DNA of 64,000 nucleotides, taken from IMG/VR virus record IMGVR_UViG_3300008735_000003, positions 7,595-71,594 of that record; one strand, given 5' to 3'. The DNA is from a virus. Shown one piece after another: positions 38,656 to 49,649 of the stretch. Position 1 is the stretch's first letter; each line of letters opens with the position of its first letter. The notes beneath the pieces are model-generated. The model worked only from the letters and a program-made list of their open reading frames with translations. It made no database searches and was not told the DNA's origin. A program made the translations under genes and the position numbers.

Positions 38656-40350
38656 ATGGCGTCTATAGAAGAACAAGTAGAAAGGGCGGTAAAAAAAGCG
38701 GTCGAAGAGATAAGGTCGGACGTTGATACATCTCAAGGAGCAGCGCTTCTAGACTTAACTATAAAACCGCTAGTCGCGCAATTAACTCCAGTCGTTCGTT
38801 CCATAGAATCGATGCACTTTAGGATGGCATTAAGAAACGCACCATTTCTGAGCAAAATGGATATGGACGACTTAATGTCTAATTGGTTTATATCTCGTAA
38901 TGAGGGAGATACGGCGGCAGGGACTATCCGCCTTTATTTCAACGAAGCCAGCGATATAATTATGGAAGCCAACTCTGTATCGGTTTTAAATAAAAACGGG
39001 ATATCCTTCGTAAATACTCAGCAGTTCTTTTTTGAAGAAATTGAAGTCCAAGGTAATGTCGAAAATAATCTATTCTACGTGGACATTCCGGTTGAAGCAA
39101 CTATAAAAGGAAAATTCGAAACTTTGGCTGGAGAGATATTATCTATAGAATCCGCCCCAAGGGGGGCGGTATCGGTTACGAATAAGGACAACTTCTATCC
39201 TGGAGAAAACGAAGAAAATAATATTGACTTAGGACTTCGCGGTGAAAAAAGTATAACGACAAGGAATTTAGTAAATAACCGTTCTATCGCTGCTGTACTT
39301 AGAGACGAATTCCCTTGGGCGAAACAAGTTCAAGTTGTTGGGTATGGCGACGATGAGATGAAAAGAGATGCCATAAATTTGCAAGAGATTATAAAACTTC
39401 TCAACGACTCCAAGGACATCGATGAAATCGTAGCCCTCCCTTCTTTAAGTTCCGACGTTCTTAAAAACTTTCATGTGGGGAATAAAACGGACATTTATAT
39501 ATCTAGGAAGAATTTAATTACGCACTCAGTAATATTAACGGCAAGCGAAACTGATTACGGCACGGTATTTAATGACGATAATGCGATACTCAACCTAAGG
39601 ACCCTGGTCGATGGCAGCGGAAAATTAAGATTTAAATTCCCCATATTCGATATCGTGGCGGTTCAGCAATTAAACTCAGCCTTAGAACCTATAACGTTAT
39701 TTAACGAGATAAAGGAAGAAACCGAAAATCCTACAAATCCGAACGGCTTTACGAACGGATTTTATAATTTCGAAGTTTTAGATACTTCCCTAAGATTTTC
39801 TATGCAAGAGAAGATAGGACTAAGATTGCAATCCGACGAGGACGAAGCGGGAGTCGCGATCGCTGGAAAGAAGTCATTGCAGGGGGTCCCGCTAAAGATC
39901 ACGTATAGATACGTGGATGGCGTCGAGGAGGTTCAAAACTTTGCTTCAACTTCGGAACAGAAACTGGTCATCGCCGACCCCATAGTAAAATCCCTATTAC
40001 CGGGATTCGTAGATGTAGTAGATCCCAACGACTTAACGACCGTATCTACCATGAAAGTTACATTATTTCCAGGGAAGACTATAGCTGAGGTAGAAGCCGG
40101 AGTTTCTTTTTTTGTGGAAAATATAGGAGACAATTTAGAGATATCCGATATGATCGCATATCTATATCAACAAGAATTAGTTTCTTATGTAGAAGCACCA
40201 TTATATTTAAAATTGCGCATCGAAGATGAGACGCGAACGGTGATTATACCCGAAGGGTCTCCTAGTAATAATAGATTCGATTTAAAGGAGCTAAAACAAA
40301 GGCACGTTGGGTTTATTTCGGAAATCGTGGTTGAGGAGGCTATAGTTTAA
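38656..40350 (+). CDS. Baseplate J/gp6-like wedge protein
   Basis: DTSQGA.L.DL..KP, R..G..AAGTI, VEA..G, VTN..F..G...E motifs; GAGGT SD. Confidence 0.85.
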   Translation: MASIEEQVERAVKKAVEEIRSDVDTSQGAALLDLTIKPLVAQLTPVVRSIESMHFRMALRNAPFLSKMDMDDLMSNWFISRNEGDTAAGTIRLYFNEASDIIMEANSVSVLNKNGISFVNTQQFFFEEIEVQGNVENNLFYVDIPVEATIKGKFETLAGEILSIESAPRGAVSVTNKDNFYPGENEENNIDLGLRGEKSITTRNLVNNRSIAAVLRDEFPWAKQVQVVGYGDDEMKRDAINLQEIIKLLNDSKDIDEIVALPSLSSDVLKNFHVGNKTDIYISRKNLITHSVILTASETDYGTVFNDDNAILNLRTLVDGSGKLRFKFPIFDIVAVQQLNSALEPITLFNEIKEETENPTNPNGFTNGFYNFEVLDTSLRFSMQEKIGLRLQSDEDEAGVAIAGKKSLQGVPLKITYRYVDGVEEVQNFASTSEQKLVIADPIVKSLLPGFVDVVDPNDLTTVSTMKVTLFPGKTIAEVEAGVSFFVENIGDNLEISDMIAYLYQQELVSYVEAPLYLKLRIEDETRTVIIPEGSPSNNRFDLKELKQRHVGFISEIVVEEAIV

Positions 40351-43300
40351 TGTCAGGATTAGACTTTAAAACCAAAAATATTTGGAAGACTATGAGCCGT
40401 TATTGGTCTTTCTACGAAGATAGGGATCAGCACTCTGCCGTATGGGATACCGCGTCGAAAGTTTTGAACGGATTGCATACGAAGGCGTTTCAAACGTTTT
40501 ATAGTAAATCCATCAAAGATGTTCCTGTTGGTTATAATGCTAGTCTTTTAAATGGGAAGATAGAACACGGCCTCTTCGACTTTGGAAGCTATATTGGTGA
40601 CAAAAAAATAAATCTTCCGTTATCGAAAAATACTCAGCCACTCCTTCCGTTAAGGTTTGAAACGGAGGAGATATGGATAAATGATGCGGAGAAAAATACA
40701 TTCTTTAAGATATTCGATAACGAATATTACCACCCGGATTTAAAAAATTTTACGTCTACCTTGCCATTCTTTACGGAAACAAACGATAGTTTTCTATTAG
40801 ACGCTTCCGATAATGATATGATTTTCTCGTCCGATGTCGTTGATATAAAAACTTACGGTGATTTAATATTCGTAAAAATGGCAGATAAAATGTTGCGCAT
40901 CTTTAAGATCGATGTAGCAAATAAGAAGGCAAATTTATTTTTTCAAGGAATTCCGAAAAACCAAGATAATACGAACATAAATATATTCGAAGATTTCTTT
41001 TTAAAAAACGACATGCTTTATATTGCCGCCGGAACCGACGGAGTCGCCGTATATGAGGTGGATAAGGTGGCGGAAACTTTCACAAGAGTTAATCCGGATC
41101 ACTCGTTCGCAAAGTCCATAGGAAGAATAGCCATCGATGGAAACATTCTTTTTGCTTCAACATCCGAAATTACGTCCACGGATCAAGATCAACACATATA
41201 TATCGTAGACGCTACAAACCCAAGGTCCATAACTTCGAATCCGGCCTCATTAATTCAACAAACGTCTTTAACGAATCCAACGGGGCAGGACGGCGGAATT
41301 TTATATATGACGGCTAGGCAACATATATTATCCGTTATAAGGGAGTCGAGCGCTACGTATATATTGGAACAGTACGTTTTTACCGATTACGAAAATATAT
41401 CGTTAGTAACGCTTGAGGAAAAAATAGAACGACCTACGAACTCGACGTTAACGCTTTTTAAACATATATCGGCGGTATCCCTTTTTGTATTCGTTTTTAA
41501 TGACGGGGTGACGCAATACGTAAGGCTTTACGATGTCAAGAATCCTAAGGCTCCTTCATTATGGGAGGAAATACAGATTCCCGTTTCTAAAACGATAACT
41601 TCGATCGACCTTTCCTTTGACCTAAATACGCTTATTCTTAGCGTGGATAATGGAGTCGTCCTAGAGAGCTCGAATTATATAGGATCTTGGAATGCTAAAG
41701 ACAACCTTCCCCCATTAAATTCTTCGGGTGGCGGAGGAAACTCCGATGACTTCTACATAGTCAGCGTGAAAGGAAACACCGTATTAGATTTGGAAAATGA
41801 ATGGGAAGTGGGAGACTTAGTGTATAATTCTGGCGCGTCTTGGGTTAAATATGATCGCGGTTTCCTCCTTTACGACGTCACCGAATTCGGAAATTCTTCC
41901 CCTATAAACGAAAAGGCGGAACCGGTTCTTACGAATAATATTATGATCGCGTCTCCATCATTTTCAGAGGACTTTGTTTCTTTTTTCGATCCGGTAATAA
42001 ATAAGGTACGTTTTTTTTCGCACGACTTTTCTCATAGGGGGAACGTATTTCATACGTTCGACGATCTCACAGAATTGGCCCCCGGATTTTTTAATGAACT
42101 AAACTTAAATCTTTACGACCATATATTATCGCCGGGAATATATGGAACGCCGAGAGGGTTCACGGAGATGCTTTGGTCCATAACTTATGATCCTGCGACT
42201 AAAGAATATACTTTCGATATTACCGACCCCAATTATATCGTCCCATCTTTCGCTCCAGACCCAACCGACCACCATAAACTATTCGATGACGATAAACTAT
42301 TTTCGTCTAAGGCAGTAGAAATTGATGAAGATAGCGGAGATATTCTAAGGCTCAGAAATAACGGCACCAATTCGATAACTATAAACTCGACCCCATATTC
42401 ATTGGACTTTGAATGGACTATGGCCAAAAACGTTATAGACCCAATTAACGGCCCAGAAGAAAATAAAGTTATTATTAAACCAGATCTTGGGAAAGTAAAT
42501 GAGGCTATATTAACGGAAATACAAAACAACGGTTTAACCGGAAAGGGATTTAAATTATACAGAAACTTTACCTTACAAGCGGTAACGCTTCGGGACTCCA
42601 TACCCATCCCATTTAAAACGCCGACATTTTTAGCCCCCGGTTTAGATAACGTCCCTCAGGGCGGATCTTTATTTTTCGTAGCTCCTATAAAAAAGAATGA
42701 TACGGGACAAGTTCCCTTTGGCTTCGTAATTTACCAAAGATACGGGGCTTTAAATTTAAAGGATGAAATGGATCAGGAATTCGCAGTTTCTGCTGCCTTC
42801 TCTAACGGCGGAGCGGACTTCGGTTCAAAGGTAACGAATCCAAGCACAGAGGGCTTCTATGTTCTTCCTGGCCAAGACACTTTAAAGGGCAGGTATAAAG
42901 TCGAGTCGGCGTTTAAGGACCTACTTTTTATAACCATTGAAGAACAAGATTCCGGAGCGGCAGAAGATGAATTTAAAGTATCGCCGTCAAAAGAGTTCTT
43001 GGGAAAATTCACTCTAAGTTCCCCAGAAGATGACATGATTAGCGATGGGAAGAAATATAGTGGCGCATTCGTGACCGGGGAAGAAAAAGTATATATTCGC
43101 GGAACGAATATGTCCAATCTTAAAAGGGTCGATATTAAAGACTTCATAGGGAAGGTAATATTCTTTTCATCTAGTTCATCCGCGCCCGATCTAACCTCCG
43201 GGAATCAATCATCTTGGTTCATCGTAGTCGATGGATATGGCGGCGATGAAAATAATGATGGATACATTATATTAGCGAAGAATACGAATGATACTGAGAT

Positions 43301-44630
43301 CTATATTCCTACAACCACGACATTATCCGGAGCCGGCGAAGGGTTCTTCGTCTATGAATTTAAAAACGCAGATATTATGCGTCCATTGTCATTGGCCGCC
43401 TCTAGAGATAACGTAGTGGATGGGGGATATTATAAAGTCGCTAATATTCTTTTCGGCGTATATTTTACGTTCATCGGATTTCCTAATGAAGAGGGGAATT
43501 TCTTTCAAAATATATATGAGTTAAAGGATGCCGTCTTGGATGATGTAACGAAAAAAACTCCGAAAACATTTCAGCTTTACGACGAGGAGAGAGACGGGGA
43601 AAATATAGATAAAAAATATTCAGAACACGAAGGAATAATTATGTTCTCTTATGATCCTGGAGTTAGAGAGGTTTTCGCCGAATTAGCGTTTGAAAATAAG
43701 AGCATACTCGATAAGATTTATGCGCCCATCGTAGAAGGAAAGCATAATGAAAGGAAAGATAGCGAAGAATATAAGCTGGAAATAGCGGGCCAAATGTATT
43801 CCTTTTCCCACGGCTCTAATATAAATCCTGTAGAGGTCGGCTTAACGATTTTTACGAAACAGCCGGTTAATATATCTAAACGTTCTACGGTCCTATCTTT
43901 CACGGACCGGAAAGAAATGACGGTTCAAGATAGGGACTTGAAAATATATACGGTGGATCTTAATGGGCACTCCCTCAAGCCTACGATATTCGAAGGAGTC
44001 ACATTAGAGCCGTATCAACCTTTGACTAATGCGATAGAAATTAAAGACGACGTTATAGAGCCGAGATGGTGGGACCGCGATTACATCGAGATCTTGAGCC
44101 CTCACGTTAGTCAAAGAAATATTCCAAACATAACAAAAGCACAAAGACGCGTTATAAACGAAGTCCTAAAGAATAACACCTTTGGCGTCAAGATTAACGC
44201 AAACGTTCTTAGGGAGGACGGGGGAACTTCGCTTTCTCGGATAAATGAATTTATAAAAGAAATAAAACCGTCATATTCGTATGCGGTCGTTTATACGAAA
44301 CTCGACCTCGAAGACGAGACCGAAATATTAGATATGGAAGATTCGCTAGATATAGAACTCACCATAAGGGTTCAGGCTACGATTTTTGCAAATAATAGAA
44401 ATCTTTACACCACGGATGATAGTGCGTATAATAGCATCGAACATGAAATGGGAAGACAGAATTCCTTTCTTCCGCATGACATGGTTCATATGCGAATTCA
44501 GAAAGACGGCGATTCGGCCATTTATGGGTGGTCGGAAGAGGATGGGTTTTTTATTTTGGCGGATAAAAGTTCGGATACAGAAAATAAACACTACTTAGAA
44601 TCAGGTCAATTTATTTTTAAACTAGTATAA
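40350..44630 (+). CDS. Large baseplate wedge protein (gp7/GpI-like ends) with LVIVD-type propeller inserts
   Basis: Follows J; C-terminal INEFIKEIKPSYS; LYIAAGTDGVAVYEV repeat; YIGSWNAKDNLP..GDLVY..W fibre-type module. Confidence 0.65.
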   Translation: MSGLDFKTKNIWKTMSRYWSFYEDRDQHSAVWDTASKVLNGLHTKAFQTFYSKSIKDVPVGYNASLLNGKIEHGLFDFGSYIGDKKINLPLSKNTQPLLPLRFETEEIWINDAEKNTFFKIFDNEYYHPDLKNFTSTLPFFTETNDSFLLDASDNDMIFSSDVVDIKTYGDLIFVKMADKMLRIFKIDVANKKANLFFQGIPKNQDNTNINIFEDFFLKNDMLYIAAGTDGVAVYEVDKVAETFTRVNPDHSFAKSIGRIAIDGNILFASTSEITSTDQDQHIYIVDATNPRSITSNPASLIQQTSLTNPTGQDGGILYMTARQHILSVIRESSATYILEQYVFTDYENISLVTLEEKIERPTNSTLTLFKHISAVSLFVFVFNDGVTQYVRLYDVKNPKAPSLWEEIQIPVSKTITSIDLSFDLNTLILSVDNGVVLESSNYIGSWNAKDNLPPLNSSGGGGNSDDFYIVSVKGNTVLDLENEWEVGDLVYNSGASWVKYDRGFLLYDVTEFGNSSPINEKAEPVLTNNIMIASPSFSEDFVSFFDPVINKVRFFSHDFSHRGNVFHTFDDLTELAPGFFNELNLNLYDHILSPGIYGTPRGFTEMLWSITYDPATKEYTFDITDPNYIVPSFAPDPTDHHKLFDDDKLFSSKAVEIDEDSGDILRLRNNGTNSITINSTPYSLDFEWTMAKNVIDPINGPEENKVIIKPDLGKVNEAILTEIQNNGLTGKGFKLYRNFTLQAVTLRDSIPIPFKTPTFLAPGLDNVPQGGSLFFVAPIKKNDTGQVPFGFVIYQRYGALNLKDEMDQEFAVSAAFSNGGADFGSKVTNPSTEGFYVLPGQDTLKGRYKVESAFKDLLFITIEEQDSGAAEDEFKVSPSKEFLGKFTLSSPEDDMISDGKKYSGAFVTGEEKVYIRGTNMSNLKRVDIKDFIGKVIFFSSSSSAPDLTSGNQSSWFIVVDGYGGDENNDGYIILAKNTNDTEIYIPTTTTLSGAGEGFFVYEFKNADIMRPLSLAASRDNVVDGGYYKVANILFGVYFTFIGFPNEEGNFFQNIYELKDAVLDDVTKKTPKTFQLYDEERDGENIDKKYSEHEGIIMFSYDPGVREVFAELAFENKSILDKIYAPIVEGKHNERKDSEEYKLEIAGQMYSFSHGSNINPVEVGLTIFTKQPVNISKRSTVLSFTDRKEMTVQDRDLKIYTVDLNGHSLKPTIFEGVTLEPYQPLTNAIEIKDDVIEPRWWDRDYIEILSPHVSQRNIPNITKAQRRVINEVLKNNTFGVKINANVLREDGGTSLSRINEFIKEIKPSYSYAVVYTKLDLEDETEILDMEDSLDIELTIRVQATIFANNRNLYTTDDSAYNSIEHEMGRQNSFLPHDMVHMRIQKDGDSAIYGWSEEDGFFILADKSSDTENKHYLESGQFIFKLV

Positions 44631-44634
44631 AAAA

Positions 44635-45261
44635 ATGGAAGGAATAGTAGAAATATCCTCGAGCCTACCTTGGGACATCGAAGAAGAAAAAATAGAGCTT
44701 CTTCAATCGCTAAATCACAACATCGATGTCAAAAAATATATAAGAAAAGATCATAAATCGATTAAAGTAAGGAATAGGGTCCTATGGAGCGGGAGGAAAC
44801 TCGCCTTAGATCTTTTGGTTAATAATAGAACGTACAGAATTAATAAGATAGCCGGAGGAGACGGGGCGAATATTTTTACATCTGGAGTTTCGGTCTCGGT
44901 AGAATTTCTAACTCCGTCTTATCCAGAAGTCAACGAAGTTGTAAAGAATAAAGTCTTAGAATCTAATGTCGGGGCCTTTGGGGATATAAACGGAAATGCT
45001 GCCGACGGATACGAAATGACGCTGGCCGCCTCTCTCCATAGCCTATCCGATAAGGTTGGAAATTATAGGTCGGGGAATAGCAACCTACATATAAATCAAC
45101 TATCTCTTTTCGCATCGGGCGCGGATACGCCCGCCATGGGCGTTTTTCCAACGGGAGCGGATATTCCATTCTCTAGCGCAATTCTTCCCGATCTATCTGG
45201 TTTTCTCAATACGGGAGTCAATTATACGCTCTTTATAAATTGGGTGGTTAGGATAAAATAG
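44635..45261 (+). CDS. Baseplate/fibre-attachment protein, paralog 1
   Basis: RNRVLWSGR..IAGGDG..INQLSLF..INW. Confidence 0.55.
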   Translation: MEGIVEISSSLPWDIEEEKIELLQSLNHNIDVKKYIRKDHKSIKVRNRVLWSGRKLALDLLVNNRTYRINKIAGGDGANIFTSGVSVSVEFLTPSYPEVNEVVKNKVLESNVGAFGDINGNAADGYEMTLAASLHSLSDKVGNYRSGNSNLHINQLSLFASGADTPAMGVFPTGADIPFSSAILPDLSGFLNTGVNYTLFINWVVRIK

Positions 45262-45265
45262 TAAT

Positions 45266-45907
45266 ATGCTTTTTAAGGATGAAGTCGCCATAAGGGGAAC
45301 CGTACAAGTTTACGACGGTATCCCGAGCATGCTTCCCGATGACTATGTGGACCTGATGATGGAAGCCAATCCGGAACACTTTAAGGGAAATGTAATTTCG
45401 ATTCCATTAAGAGAAACCCCTTTAGAGGAGAGGAAAAATTTGGTCGTAGATTCGGGGAAGAACTTACTTCTCCGGAGACTTTTTTTAACCTCGGAAACCG
45501 ATCGTCTCCTCCATATAGCCATTGGAGATGGGGCCTACTCTTTTGATGCGCAAGGGAAGCCGACCGGAACGGAGCGGCTCCCATTATCCAGCGACTTAAA
45601 TTTGCAGAATTTTTTGGTCGGAAAAAACATCCTTTCCGTCGGCTCATTAGACGGGGGGAATATAACTGGATATAATATCGCGCTTTCTACAACCTTTACA
45701 AGCTCCGACGATCCCATCGATGATGCGGATTTATCGACGAATAACCTGGATAGAAGAATAAATGAAATCGGTTTATGTACGACCGAAAGTGGCGGAACTT
45801 ACTCGAATTACTTCTCGCTCTTTACACTAAATAACTATATGTTTTCATCGGGGACGGCTTCGATGTATACCTTTGTCTGGATTTTAGAGGTGTTGCCGAA
45901 TGGATAA
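45266..45907 (+). CDS. Baseplate/fibre-attachment protein, paralog 2
   Basis: KNLVVDSGK..IAIGDG..INEIGL..FVW. Confidence 0.6.
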   Translation: MLFKDEVAIRGTVQVYDGIPSMLPDDYVDLMMEANPEHFKGNVISIPLRETPLEERKNLVVDSGKNLLLRRLFLTSETDRLLHIAIGDGAYSFDAQGKPTGTERLPLSSDLNLQNFLVGKNILSVGSLDGGNITGYNIALSTTFTSSDDPIDDADLSTNNLDRRINEIGLCTTESGGTYSNYFSLFTLNNYMFSSGTASMYTFVWILEVLPNG

Positions 45908-46505
45908 AAATTTTGATGTGAAAGAAAAATTAGAATTGGAAGGAAGGGTCGAAATATTCGAGGGGATTCCGAGAGACATTTATTCCCTACAAGAGTTGGA
46001 TCGATTACAATTCTTAAATCCTGATGTTGATGTGGAGGAGTATGTAGTTCCTAAAAAAATATTAGTGAGCGAGGGAAATAGGATAGTAAATAGCGGGAAA
46101 GAAAATCTTTTAAATCATGCATTCGAGGGGAACGGAGATTTTCTTGACTTTATGGCCATCGGAGATGGCGGATATGATTTCGCCGTTGAAAAAAAATTAT
46201 TCCCATCCGTTGTAGATTCTAGCTTAGGACATATATTAGGGTCGGCGAATGAGATAAACGCGTTCGATCCAACTACTGGAGACGCCATCTTAGGCTTTAC
46301 GAAAAGCATGTCGAGCACCTTTTTTAGCGAAACGAAAAATACTACCGACTTTAAGTCGGAGAATAGAGTCGACTTTTTCGTTAACGAGATGGGTATATTA
46401 ACTTCTGGCGGCTCGCTTTTTTCACGAGTTACGTTTAATAATATCCCGTTTCGTCCATCCGATTTAATTGCATTGACTATAACCTGGTACATAAAGATAT
46501 CTTAG
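45900..46505 (+). CDS. Baseplate/fibre-attachment protein, paralog 3
   Basis: NRIVNSGK..MAIGDG..VNEMGI..LFSRVTF..ITW. Confidence 0.6.
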   Translation: MDKNFDVKEKLELEGRVEIFEGIPRDIYSLQELDRLQFLNPDVDVEEYVVPKKILVSEGNRIVNSGKENLLNHAFEGNGDFLDFMAIGDGGYDFAVEKKLFPSVVDSSLGHILGSANEINAFDPTTGDAILGFTKSMSSTFFSETKNTTDFKSENRVDFFVNEMGILTSGGSLFSRVTFNNIPFRPSDLIALTITWYIKIS

Positions 46506-46506
46506 T

Positions 46507-47085
46507 ATGGCCTCGTTCAAAATCATAAGGAACTCGAATCAATTTACCTCTCAAATTTTTCGCACCCTCTTAATGTCTATGTCTGGGGGGGTCGGGGGTA
46601 TTATCGACGGGTTAGATATAGACCAGGATTCTTGGATCGCATCTTCTACCGATGAGATTAAAATAACGCCGGGGTCTTATATCTATCGAGGAGAAATAAT
46701 AGAGATACAAGAAAGTATAACTATCCCGAATATATTTTCCTCGACATTAAATGGAGATGTTATATTTTTTTTAAATCATGGCGGAGATCATTCGAGGGAC
46801 GGGGTGCAGTTAGGATATGGGAGACTTCCGTATGATTCCAATGACGTGGTCATATTAGCCCATAGGAAAGGAGATCGGTTCCTTCGTAGAAGCAACGTCG
46901 TAAAGAATCCATCGTATGTTGGCGTAGATGGAGCGTCCATAACGGAGGATGTAAAGAATGGAGAAATTACGCTAAACATAACGGAAACTCCGTATCTAAA
47001 GGTATTCGTAGAGGGAGACCCGGTCGCGCAACTCTTCCTCATCGTGGGCGACGGAACTCCGACCCCCCATAAGGTCTCGACATAA
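46507..47085 (+). CDS. Baseplate/fibre adaptor-like protein
   Basis: GIIDGLDI..IKITPG domain shared with 47087 and the C-terminus of 52631. Confidence 0.45.
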   Translation: MASFKIIRNSNQFTSQIFRTLLMSMSGGVGGIIDGLDIDQDSWIASSTDEIKITPGSYIYRGEIIEIQESITIPNIFSSTLNGDVIFFLNHGGDHSRDGVQLGYGRLPYDSNDVVILAHRKGDRFLRRSNVVKNPSYVGVDGASITEDVKNGEITLNITETPYLKVFVEGDPVAQLFLIVGDGTPTPHKVST

Positions 47086-47086
47086 T

Positions 47087-48178
47087 ATGGCTATAAAAAG
47101 ATTAAGTACGGACGAAGATACTTACGACGAGGATCACTTAACGAACCTCGTCCGATCTTTGGTATATAAAGATGGTGTTCTTTTCGGGTTTAATGTTGTG
47201 GAGAAGGCGGTGAACGATGAAATATATGCGATCATTTCTCCAGGAGCATTTATAAAGTCTGGGATCGTATATATCTTGGAGGAGGAAATCGACGGTTCCA
47301 ATTTAGACCCGGGAGATACGCACGACCTCGATATCACTCCACATGCCAACGATCTAAACTACACATATGGATTAGATAGGTTATATAGCGGTAGAGAGAC
47401 GATATATATCGTTGAAACGAATACCGATCCAAACAATGTCACAATGGAGCCGGTCTTTAAAATTAAAACATCTCCGGGAGACGATGACCTTATAATTAGT
47501 ATCCGAAAGGTAGATTGGATATTTCGCTTAGATCCAGATCCGCTTAGCGGAGATATGACATTTCTTCCCGAAGACGGCGGGGATAGAAATATTATTTTTG
47601 CTCCAAACCTCCCATCTTTGAGGGTTTATGAAAAATTTGACCCATTTGGATGTATGTACCTGATAGCTCACGAATATGATACTAACGCTCATGAAGTTGA
47701 GGGCGAAGAGAATCTCCTTCTCGGTGGCGAGGTTTTAATTCCTACCTCGGCGGACCCCATTAATCCAAACGTACTAGCCTCAACGACATTACTACCACAT
47801 TCTCCGTTGAATATATTGGATGGTAATTTTGGAACGGCGTGGCAAAGCGAGGGAATGGGCTCGATGGAATATTTGTGGATCGACTTTGAAACGGATAAAC
47901 AGATCGTGGCGCTAGATATATGGCCTGTGACGGGAGGAATTCAAGACGTCGCCCTAGACGTATATATTGGAAGTATCCCCGATCCGAAAGACGATAGTAT
48001 GTGGCTAGAGGTGGATATAAAAACATATGCAGATCAAGAAGCCGGATTTGAAAGGAAGAGTTTTGGAAATATAAACAAGGCTAGGTACTATAGAATTCGT
48101 TTTTTAAATGATCCTGGAAATGGAAGAAAGATGGTGAGGGACATGAAATTTTACGAACCGTACATATTGACCGCATAG
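47087..48178 (+). CDS. Virion protein with C-terminal discoidin (F5/8 type C)-like domain
   Basis: NILDGNFGTAWQS..YLWIDF..KARYYRIRF; N-terminal GVLFGF..ISPG domain. Confidence 0.65.
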   Translation: MAIKRLSTDEDTYDEDHLTNLVRSLVYKDGVLFGFNVVEKAVNDEIYAIISPGAFIKSGIVYILEEEIDGSNLDPGDTHDLDITPHANDLNYTYGLDRLYSGRETIYIVETNTDPNNVTMEPVFKIKTSPGDDDLIISIRKVDWIFRLDPDPLSGDMTFLPEDGGDRNIIFAPNLPSLRVYEKFDPFGCMYLIAHEYDTNAHEVEGEENLLLGGEVLIPTSADPINPNVLASTTLLPHSPLNILDGNFGTAWQSEGMGSMEYLWIDFETDKQIVALDIWPVTGGIQDVALDVYIGSIPDPKDDSMWLEVDIKTYADQEAGFERKSFGNINKARYYRIRFLNDPGNGRKMVRDMKFYEPYILTA

Positions 48179-48196
48179 ATATTAGTTTGGTAAAAT
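48167..48196 (+). promoter_or_regulatory. sigma70-type promoter upstream of the fibre cassettes
   Basis: TTGACC-N18-TAAAAT with extended TG. Confidence 0.55.
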
Positions 48197-48214
48197 GATG
48201 AATGGGAGAATAAA

Positions 48215-49144
48215 ATGGCGATAGGAAATACGAATTTAAATTGGCTGGTAGAAAACGATGAGCTTACCGGCTCGCCGTTATCTTCCCCAACGACGCCCGC
48301 TGGGAATTTAAACGTTCCCCTGAATGAATTATTGCAGAACGATATAAATCTACAGGGGCAGATAGACGCGATAGTCGGCGCCGGGAGTGGACCTTCTACG
48401 TTCACCGAACTTACGGATACGCCATCGAGCTTTACGAATAATCAAATTTTAGAGACGACCGGAAGCTCGGTTATTTCGGTCCCCAAGGCGACGGGATATA
48501 ATAAAAACACGGGGACTACGGCCGGGACGATCGCCACGGGAGATCACGCGCATGTAAAGGCGGATATTTCTGATTTTGCCCACACCCATGTTTTAGCTGA
48601 CATCACAGATTACGATCCTAGTGTTCCTACTAGATTAAGTGACGGCTCACATCTTTTTTATACTCGTGCAGGAAAATTTATTAGAGTGGGAAATTATATC
48701 ACCAGCGTCTACACAATCGCACAAATAAATTTTACTAACCCAGAAGATAGTTTTACTTATGAGTTGGAGGTGTATGGGTATCCTCCTGGAACCTTCGGCC
48801 TTTTTTCGAGAAAAACTTACAGCAACAGAATAACATCCAAACAAGAAAACGGAACCTCAACAGCTTACTTAGATATAGTGACCGGTCCCTCTTCAACCGA
48901 CATAGTGAAAAATGTGTCTTCTGGGGAATCCTACGGGACCTATGAACTTAACTCAGCCATTGATACAAATCCGACTATGAGCATCTACACGGCAAATACG
49001 TTTTCACAATTAAATATAAATACATCCATTACGAACCTCTACATAAACACAGTGGATACTACGGAAATTCTTTTTAGACTGCATGTATTTGCAGAAGCGA
49101 ATACGGGCGATGGGGATGTGTCTATTGTACCACTTGGCGTATAG
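48215..49144 (+). CDS. Tail fibre/receptor-binding protein 1
   Basis: N-terminal anchor AGNLNVPLNELLQND, FTELTDTP, H-x-H repeats, unique C-terminus. Confidence 0.7.
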   Translation: MAIGNTNLNWLVENDELTGSPLSSPTTPAGNLNVPLNELLQNDINLQGQIDAIVGAGSGPSTFTELTDTPSSFTNNQILETTGSSVISVPKATGYNKNTGTTAGTIATGDHAHVKADISDFAHTHVLADITDYDPSVPTRLSDGSHLFYTRAGKFIRVGNYITSVYTIAQINFTNPEDSFTYELEVYGYPPGTFGLFSRKTYSNRITSKQENGTSTAYLDIVTGPSSTDIVKNVSSGESYGTYELNSAIDTNPTMSIYTANTFSQLNINTSITNLYINTVDTTEILFRLHVFAEANTGDGDVSIVPLGV

Positions 49145-49151
49145 GAGGTAA

Positions 49152-49649
49152 ATGATGGATTGTTTTGTTTTAGATTCAGATGGGCGTGTTTCTGGGCGGG
49201 AAAAAGTAACTCAACCGGACAACATTAAGTACATATCTGTGAGAGAGCACCCCTATCCTCAAAATTTACAGGCCCCCGTATGGATAGATGGGACGTGGAA
49301 GGAGGGGGCCACAAAACGGCAGATAAATGAACAAAGAGAAGTACGACTTAAGGAGTATAAACTACGGGATATAAAAACTGCCAAGGAACAATGTGAGCAT
49401 TTAATAAAAATACTATTTCCAACCATATACCATGAATTCAATCTTCTCAGAGAAAACCCGAACGACCCAAGATTCAAAATTCTAGACGATCTTCGGGCCG
49501 TCTCGAACGATATAGAAAAAAAGATCGAGGCTTGTGAATCCATGGAAAAATTACAGGAAATCGATATTCGAGAATTATTCCGAAAGGATGAAAGAGCCCA
49601 AGATGAGAATGGAAAATTTATAGGGGATATTAATGACGATACCAAATAA
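49152..49649 (+). CDS. Tail fibre assembly chaperone 1
   Basis: P..L.APVW.DGTWKEGA plus NLLRE..RFKILDDLRAVSN; directly after the fibre gene. Confidence 0.65.
   Translation: MMDCFVLDSDGRVSGREKVTQPDNIKYISVREHPYPQNLQAPVWIDGTWKEGATKRQINEQREVRLKEYKLRDIKTAKEQCEHLIKILFPTIYHEFNLLRENPNDPRFKILDDLRAVSNDIEKKIEACESMEKLQEIDIRELFRKDERAQDENGKFIGDINDDTK

Noticed and set aside
25314-44630. Extracellular contractile injection system or tailocin
   Set aside because: Portal, terminase, protease and major capsid genes are present, so this is a phage.
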